Positions 57,298-64,000 of a stretch of DNA of 64,000 nucleotides are shown here, piece by piece; the stretch's first letter is position 1, and the number at the start of each line of letters is the position of its first letter. Origin of the DNA: an uncultured Gemmatimonadales bacterium. Lineage in GTDB: Bacteria > Gemmatimonadota > Gemmatimonadetes > Gemmatimonadales > GWC2-71-9. The stretch spans positions 64,001 to 128,000 of the forward strand of contig CAWCVB010000014.1 in assembly GCA_963798915.1 (NCBI GenBank), in the 5' to 3' direction. Under the pieces are notes generated by a model, which was given only the letters and a program-made list of their open reading frames with translations, made no database searches and had not been told where the DNA came from. The translations under genes and the position numbers were made by a program.

Positions 57298-57902
57298 GAC
57301 GATCCCCTGGTGAGGCCCACCGAAACAGAGATGCGCTGTACCCCCTGCTCCAGGCCGAATCCCTGGCTGCGCAGCTCATCAGTGGCGAAGCGATGGTAGT
57401 CATAGCGGGCCGACACCACCGGGTTCCAGCGCCGCCCGGTGGTGAGCTGGTAATCGAGGCCCGCGCCGAAGAGAGCGCGAGTGGTGCCGCCCTGCGCAAA
57501 GATGCCGGCGTCTCCGGGACCACTGTAGTGCAGCAGCCCGAGTCCTGCCCGCCAGCGGAGCGGGCCCGTCAGGTCGCCGTTCAGGTTGAGGAGTGCGCCC
57601 AGCGTCCAGATCCGTCCCTGGGCAATGTCGGAGCCGGGAATGGCCGGTGTGGTCGTGGTCAGCGAGGCTGTCGAGGCCGACAACTCCATGCCCAGACGGT
57701 AGCGCGCGCCAAAGGCCAGATCGACGCCGCCGAAGAGCGTGGGGGCCAGGCCCGGGCGGGTCGTGACCGGCTGGATGATGACGTCGCGAACGATGTCAGT
57801 CGACCAGGTGACGCCGGCGCGGGCATAGTAGCTTGCCTGCGCCTGGGCGGCTCCGGGCAGGGTGGCGGCCATGAGCAGCCAGAGCAGGAATGGTCGTCGC
57901 AT
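57294..57902 (-). CDS. Probable outer-membrane beta-barrel protein (alternative TTG start 57938)
   Basis: Signal peptide AAQA; alternating beta-strand pattern. Confidence 0.65.
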   Translation of the reverse strand: MRRPFLLWLLMAATLPGAAQAQASYYARAGVTWSTDIVRDVIIQPVTTRPGLAPTLFGGVDLAFGARYRLGMELSASTASLTTTTPAIPGSDIAQGRIWTLGALLNLNGDLTGPLRWRAGLGLLHYSGPGDAGIFAQGGTTRALFGAGLDYQLTTGRRWNPVVSARYDYHRFATDELRSQGFGLEQGVQRISVSVGLTRGSS

Positions 57903-57934
57903 GAGAGGAAGATGCGCTCCTTCGGTCTGGGAGG

Positions 57935-58810
57935 TCAACGCGCCGCCGCACGGCCGTAGCGGCGGAGCCGTTGGAGCGAGCGCTTGTCGTTCGTCACCAT
58001 GTCATCCCCTTTGGGCGTTTCCAGCAGCTTGGGAATCTCCGAGAACCGCCGGTCCTGCATGATGCGGCGGAAGGGTTCCGGGCCCAGCGACCCCTTGCCC
58101 ACCAGTTCGTGGCGGTCCCGGCGTGAGCCGAACGGCGTTCGCGAATCATTGAGATGCAGGCACGCCAGGCTGCTGAAGCCGAGCACTCGCTCCCATTGTT
58201 CCCAGACTCCGTCAAAGTCGCCCACCAGATCATAGCCGGCGGCGTAGAGATGGCAGGTGTCGGCGCAGTAGGCGATCCGGCCCTGCTGTTCCGGGGTGAG
58301 ACGGTCTCGGATTTCGGCGAGTTCCTCGAAGGTGCTGCCGAGCGCCGTACCGGTGCCGGCCGTAGTTTCGAGGTAGATGCGCACGGCGCCTGGCACTCGA
58401 TCCAGGCATTGCCCGATGGCGTCCGCGTTGCGCTGGAGACCGGCCGTTCGGTCATCCATGTAATTTCCGGGGTGGGAGACAACGCCGGGAATGCCGAGCA
58501 GCTCGCACCGCTCCAGCTCCCGGGTGAAGGACGCGATCGATCGTTCTCGCAACACCGGGTCGGGTGATGCCAGGTTGATGAGATAGGAATCGTGCGACAC
58601 AACGGATGCGAGTCTCGCCCCTGTGAGCGCAGCCCGGAAGGCGTCGCGAATTTCGGGGCCAAGGACCGGCTCCCGCCACTGATTGGGGGTCTTGGTGAAC
58701 AGCTGGATGGCCGTCGCGCCGATGGCGGTGGCTCGGGCTGGCGTGGTGTGGACGCCGCCCTGGGCCGAGACATGTGCGCCGAGCAGGTCCTGCTTGGGCA
58801 TCGCTGGCAT
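57935..58810 (-). CDS. nfo: Endonuclease IV
   Basis: GAHVS, HDSYLINL, HPG, LETTAG, DTCH, HLNDS, DRHE, LETP. Confidence 0.95.
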   Translation of the reverse strand: MPAMPKQDLLGAHVSAQGGVHTTPARATAIGATAIQLFTKTPNQWREPVLGPEIRDAFRAALTGARLASVVSHDSYLINLASPDPVLRERSIASFTRELERCELLGIPGVVSHPGNYMDDRTAGLQRNADAIGQCLDRVPGAVRIYLETTAGTGTALGSTFEELAEIRDRLTPEQQGRIAYCADTCHLYAAGYDLVGDFDGVWEQWERVLGFSSLACLHLNDSRTPFGSRRDRHELVGKGSLGPEPFRRIMQDRRFSEIPKLLETPKGDDMVTNDKRSLQRLRRYGRAAAR

Positions 58811-58816
58811 GCGCGT

Positions 58817-60214
58817 GTGACAGACTCCCAGGCGGAGGGTGAGGGGCTTTCGGTCCTGTTGATCGGCTCGGCACGGGCGCGGCCGCCGGGCCTGGAGGTG
58901 GCGCTTGCGCGCTCCGGGCTCCATGTCACCGAAGCTGACGACCCGACGCATGCGGCCGCCAACGGTGCGGCGCCCGATGTGGCGCTGGGCACGGTGGCGA
59001 ACGCTGCCGAAGTCGGCCCGCTGCGTGAAGCGCTTACCGACGCTTTCGGTCCAGGCATGCCACTCGTGGTGACACTTGGCGATGGTGCCGAATCGGTGGT
59101 CGAGGCGCTCCGGTCGGGTGCGGCCGACGCCTTGGCCGCACCGGTCAATTTTGCCGAGCTGCGGATCCGGCTCGAGCTGCGCCGAACCCCGCGCTCACAA
59201 AGCGGGGGCAGCGAAGGGCTCGATGCGTCGCTTCGCTTTGCCTCCGAACTGGTCGCGTCGCGCCGGGCGGAGGAGGAGCTCCAGTGCATATGCCAGCGGG
59301 TGGCAGCTGCGTTGGACCTGCACCGGTGCGCCTTTGTGCTCACCCGTGGTGAGAATGGTCATGGCCGGGTCATCGCCGACGAAAGCCACGCCGGTACGCT
59401 CGATATTGCCCTCGACCTCCAGCGGTATCCGGAAATCCAGGAAGCACGGCGCACCGGTCGGCCGGTGGTGGTGCGCGACGCCCGGACCGATCCCCGGTTC
59501 GACGCCGTGCGCCGCCACTGGGAGCTGGCACCTCCAGCGACGATGCCACACGCGTTGATTGCGGTGCCGGTTCAGCTCGATGGCGCAGTCGAGGGCGTGT
59601 TCCTGCTCAAGCCCCGGAGCGCCCACGTCACGCTTGCCGGATCGCGGCTCAGCTTTGCTGAGGAACTGCACCTGGCCGGGCAAGCAGTGTTGCGCGCATC
59701 ACGCACGCTCGAGGATTCGGGCCTTGCCGCGCTCGCCACGCCCCGGCAACTGGATGAGCGAATGCGGCAGGAACTGGAACGTGCCCGGCGCTACGCCCTG
59801 GGCTTCAGTCTGGTCCTGCTGGACGTGGACCGGTTCAAAGAGTATACCGCGGCGCACGGCGCCGAGGCCGCCCGCCTGCTGCTCGATCGGCTCGCCGACC
59901 TGTTGCATGACACGTTCCGTATTCCGGACCTGGTCGCCCGCTACGGTGCCGACGAATTTGCCCTGTTGCTCCCGGAGACTGCCGCGGCGCAGGCCGTGGG
60001 CGCAGTACGCCGTTTCCGTCTTCGGCTCACTGAGCAGGCGTTTGCAGGCCTTCCGGGCGCGACCATTCCCGGTATCGCGGCCGGCATCGCCGGCTTTCCG
60101 CATCCGTCCGCGGCCGAAGCCGGCGACGTGCTGGCCCTTGCCGGTTCCGCACTGCTCCGGGCGCAGGCCCAGAGTGGTGACCGGATCGGGGTTGCCGAGA
60201 TCGGGGCCATGTAG
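58817..60214 (+). CDS. Degenerate receiver + GAF + GGDEF-domain protein (GADEF variant)
   Basis: LDVDRFK, RIPD-x5-GADEF; GAF segment YPEI...DARTDPRF; start uncertain. Confidence 0.8.
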   Translation: MTDSQAEGEGLSVLLIGSARARPPGLEVALARSGLHVTEADDPTHAAANGAAPDVALGTVANAAEVGPLREALTDAFGPGMPLVVTLGDGAESVVEALRSGAADALAAPVNFAELRIRLELRRTPRSQSGGSEGLDASLRFASELVASRRAEEELQCICQRVAAALDLHRCAFVLTRGENGHGRVIADESHAGTLDIALDLQRYPEIQEARRTGRPVVVRDARTDPRFDAVRRHWELAPPATMPHALIAVPVQLDGAVEGVFLLKPRSAHVTLAGSRLSFAEELHLAGQAVLRASRTLEDSGLAALATPRQLDERMRQELERARRYALGFSLVLLDVDRFKEYTAAHGAEAARLLLDRLADLLHDTFRIPDLVARYGADEFALLLPETAAAQAVGAVRRFRLRLTEQAFAGLPGATIPGIAAGIAGFPHPSAAEAGDVLALAGSALLRAQAQSGDRIGVAEIGAM

Positions 60215-60251
60215 CGGGCGGCTGTCTGTCCGGGTTGGCCCGACCCGCGCG

Positions 60252-61454
60252 TCAGCGCCGGCGCAGCCAGTCCAGCGGATCCATCGCCATCTGATTTTCG
60301 CCGCGAATTTCAAAATGCAGGTGCGGTCCGTAGTCGGAATTCTCGCCCCCGACCGCTCCCAGGATCTGCCCCTTCTTCACATCATCGCCCGCTTTCACTG
60401 CCGCGCCCTGCAGGTGTGAATAGATCGAGTAGTAGCCGTTGCCGTGTTCGAGGATGACCGTGAGTCCGTAGGTACCCATGGTCTCCACCAGCCGGACTCG
60501 ACCCGCCTCGACCGCATGAACGGCCGACCCCGGGGCCGCGGCAATGCCGATACCGTTCCAGCGAATGACCCCGCCCTGGGGCAGGGTGTCGCGCCCGAAC
60601 TGGTAGACAATGCGTCCTTCCACCGGCCAGTCGAGCCGCCCGAGACTTGCGGTGCTCAGGGCGCCCGGTACCGGTCGCGCACCCGAGGCCGGCGTGCGCC
60701 GGTTGCGCGCCGCCTCGGCCCGCGCCGCCTTCTCCAGCGCGGCGAGCACGTCGTTCAGTCGGGTGGCGTCCTTCTCCAGCTGGACCAGCCGCTGCGCATT
60801 GGCGCGGGCCGAGCGCTGAAGTGTGCCAAGCCGCTTCTCGCGCTGGCTGGCAAGCCGGGCGTAGCGGGCGAGTTCATCTTCGCGTTCGACACGGGTGGCG
60901 TCCAGTTGTTCGCGCACCATCACGATTTCCGAGCGCTGGCGCGAGACGCGATCCCGCAGGCGTTCGACGTCCGAGACCAGCGACCGATCCTGCTCACTCG
61001 AAAGGAAGAGATACTTGTAGCGCCGCAGCAGGTCGCCGAACGATTCCGCGGTGAGGAGCACTTTCCAGGTGTAGAGTGGGCCGCGTTTGTAGATGTCCAC
61101 CAGGCGGCGCTGAAGCACCGCCTTGCGCTCAGCCAGGTTGTCCTGTGCCAGTACCAGCTCGGTCGAGGCCTGGTCGAGCTGTGACGCCAGGCCGCCGATC
61201 TGGCGCTCGATCTCCAGCACGATCCGGCTGGTGGACTGTTTCTGGCGCTCGATGTTGTCCAGCTCATCCTCGACGTCGTGCACCTGGCCCTGCAGGCGTT
61301 GCTGCTGCCGCTGCAGCTGCTCCCGCTCGGCCTTGATCTCATCGAGCCGGCGCCTGCTCTCCTGCAGCTCGCGCGCGCTCTGTTGAGCCGGCAGCGCGCG
61401 GACGCCGCTGGCGCCCACCAGCAGCGCGAGGCAGAGCAGGCCGGCGCGTTTCAC
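60252..61454 (-). CDS. envC: Murein hydrolase activator, coiled coil + M23 domain
   Basis: Long coiled coil; WPVEG, WNGIGI, HLHFEIR; follows ftsEX. Confidence 0.88.
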   Translation of the reverse strand: MKRAGLLCLALLVGASGVRALPAQQSARELQESRRRLDEIKAEREQLQRQQQRLQGQVHDVEDELDNIERQKQSTSRIVLEIERQIGGLASQLDQASTELVLAQDNLAERKAVLQRRLVDIYKRGPLYTWKVLLTAESFGDLLRRYKYLFLSSEQDRSLVSDVERLRDRVSRQRSEIVMVREQLDATRVEREDELARYARLASQREKRLGTLQRSARANAQRLVQLEKDATRLNDVLAALEKAARAEAARNRRTPASGARPVPGALSTASLGRLDWPVEGRIVYQFGRDTLPQGGVIRWNGIGIAAAPGSAVHAVEAGRVRLVETMGTYGLTVILEHGNGYYSIYSHLQGAAVKAGDDVKKGQILGAVGGENSDYGPHLHFEIRGENQMAMDPLDWLRRR

Positions 61455-62340
61455 GTACCACGCCGCTCCATGCGGCCGTCGATCAGCCGGAGATGGCGCC
61501 CGACACTGAGCAGACTGGCCAGGAACCCGAGCAGGACCCCAAATCCGAGGATGAGCAGCATGTGTGCAGGGGTGAAGAAGATCAGGCCCGACAGGGCCGG
61601 CGCGCTGCGTGCGAAGATCACGAATCCGGCATAGGAAAGCAGCACGGCGAGCACACCGCCAAGCAGTCCCTTGAGCGCGCCCTCGAGCAGGAACGGGCCG
61701 CGAATGAACCAGTTGGTCGCACCGACCAGCCGCATGATGCGGATTTCCCGGGCGCGCTGCAGCATCGTCATGCGGATGGTGACGCCGATGATCACCATCG
61801 CGACCACGGCGAAAACGGCACCGATGATCAGTCCCAGCAGCCCGGCGAGGTTGCGCAGGTGATCCAGGCGCTGCACCCAGTCCCGCCCGAACCGCACCTC
61901 CTCCACAAACGGGAAGCTGCGCAGCCGCTCGGCCACCAGTTCGGCGTGGCTCGCGTCCCGGAATCCTTCCTTGAGCCGGATCTCGAGGGAGGCCGGCAGC
62001 GGATTGGTCTGGAGGTCACGATAGGCATCGCGAAACTCCACCAGCTCGCGGCGGGCGCGCGCCAGCGCCTCGTCTTCACTGACGTAATCAACCGTGAGGA
62101 CTTCAGGGAAGGTGGCCACGTCCTGGGCTGCGACGGTGATGGTCTCCGGCGGCGTTCCGCGCAGCGTGAAGGCCACCACCTCGACGCGCGCCTCCAGTCC
62201 CCGAAGCGCCTGGCGAAGGTTGAGTGCCACCAGGCCGAAGAGACCCACGGTGAACAGCGAAAAGGCAATGGTGGTGATCGAGAGTGCCGAGAGGAGGGGC
62301 AGCCGCCGGAAGGGCAGCAGGACTTCACGCGCAAGCAGCC

Positions 62341-62344
<4 letters not shown>
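61451..62344 (-). CDS. ftsX: Cell-division permease
   Basis: NPLPASL, EIRIMRLVGATNWFIRGPFLLEG. Confidence 0.93.
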
Positions 62345-63027
<683 letters not shown>

Positions 63028-63032
63028 GACGG

Positions 63033-63068
63033 ATTATACACGGTCGACGGTTGACGGTCGACGGTCAA
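63033..63068 (-). promoter_or_regulatory. ftsE promoter: TATAAT 5 nt before GTG; -35 region lies inside a CGGTCGA-like heptamer array (63041-63068)
   Basis: Minus strand TTGACCgTCGACCgtcaaccgtcgaccgtgTATAATccgtcGTG. Confidence 0.6.
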
Positions 63069-63082
63069 CCGAAGTGGACCAT

Positions 63083-63178
63083 CCAACTAGCCAACTGCCC
63101 AACTCGCCAACCAGCCAACTAGCCAACCAGCCAACCAGCCAACTCGCCAACTCGCCAACTCGCTAACTCGCCAACCAG
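63083..63178. repeat. 8-bp tandem repeat, CCAAC(TCG/CAG/TAG)-type, 12 units
   Basis: Direct reading between Cys/Met lyase stop and ftsE promoter. Confidence 0.9.
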
Positions 63179-63182
63179 CCGC

Positions 63183-64000
63183 CTACTTCCCGAGCGCCTG
63201 ATCCAGGTCGGCAATGATGTCGTCGGCATCCTCGATACCGCACGAGAGCCGGACAAAACCGTCCGGGATGCCGATTGCCGCCCTGGCGCTCGCCGACATC
63301 GACTTGTGCGATGTCAGCCGGGGTTCGGAGATCAGGCTTTCGACGCCGGCAAGGCTCGGGGCATGGGCGATGAGCCGGAGCCGTCGGAGGAAGCGTTCGG
63401 TGGCCCTGGTCCCGCCCTTGAGTTCGAGGCCAATCATCCCGCCGAACCCGTCGAGCGTGTCCTTGCGCGATGGCATGGTCCGGGTGCGACTCCAGCCCGG
63501 GATAGTGCGTCTTCACCACCCGAGGGTGCTTCTCGGCCCAGCGGGCCACCGCCATGCCATTTTCGTTGTGGCGCTGCATGCGCACGGCAAGTGTGCGAAG
63601 GCCCCGTTCGACCAGCCACGCGGCATGAGGGTCGATAGCCTGGCCCCAGAGCCGCATGAGCCGGGTGGTCTCCTCGATGAACGAGGAGGTGCCCGCGACC
63701 GCCCCGGCAATGACATCACTGTGCCCGTTCAGGTACTTCGTGGCGCTCGAAATTACCACGTCAGCCCCGTGTTCCAGGGGCCTGAAGTTGACCGGACTGG
63801 CAAAGGTGGCGTCGACCAGCAATGCCAGGCCATGCTCCCGAGCCGCCTGGGCCACGGCGTCCACATCCAGCACCCGGAGGGTCGGATTGGTGGGGGTCTC
63901 GATGAAGATGGCGCGGGTGTGCTTCCGCATCGAGGCTCGCCAGTTGCGGGGCTGGTCTGGCTCGACGTAGGTGACCTCGATTCCGAACCGGCCCAGCTCC
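63183..64000 (-). pseudogene. Cys/Met metabolism PLP enzyme (cystathionine gamma-synthase/lyase family), 5' truncated by window, frameshift at ~63465
   Basis: ETPTNP, VDATFASP, SATKYLNGHSD, YPGLESHP; C-terminus (SLAGVESL, RLSCGIE) in another frame. Confidence 0.85.

Noticed and set aside
63083..63178. Possible CRISPR array
   Set aside because: Units are 8 bp and contiguous with no unique spacers; no cas genes in the window.

Overview
GC-rich bacterial chromosomal segment; gene content and style suggest Gemmatimonadota (inference). Two housekeeping blocks flank an accessory region. Block 1-12 kb: serine hydrolase, bioD plus an apparently catalytically dead bioA, tRNA-Lys, ilvE, two lytic transglycosylases, moaC, holB, tRNA-Asn. 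Block 40-64 kb: alkA, aromatic amino-acid decarboxylase, uvrA, ABC transporter, FHA/PP2C, mscS, HD protein, pckA, maeB, nfo, degenerate GGDEF protein, envC-ftsX-ftsE, Cys/Met lyase. The ~28 kb accessory region starts after tRNA-Asn; I see no integrase or att repeat. Best candidate for an undescribed system (24.3-37.4 kb): an ECF sigma factor with a TTT motif, a membrane Ser/Thr kinase with TPRs, three Ig/PKD + PD40 beta-propeller lipoproteins, a lipoprotein + di-heme MauG/CcP-like pair and a TonB-dependent receptor. Three of its transcription units carry the same bipartite motif GTGGCCCC-N13-CGGTGT, a likely cognate ECF promoter. Other notable signals: a 3-site FadR/GntR operator over mirror-image leaderless promoters, many TAnnnT-N5-7-start (leaderless-type) genes, a probable CTG start for maeB, heptamer repeats forming the ftsE -35 box, and several frameshifts that may be sequencing indels.
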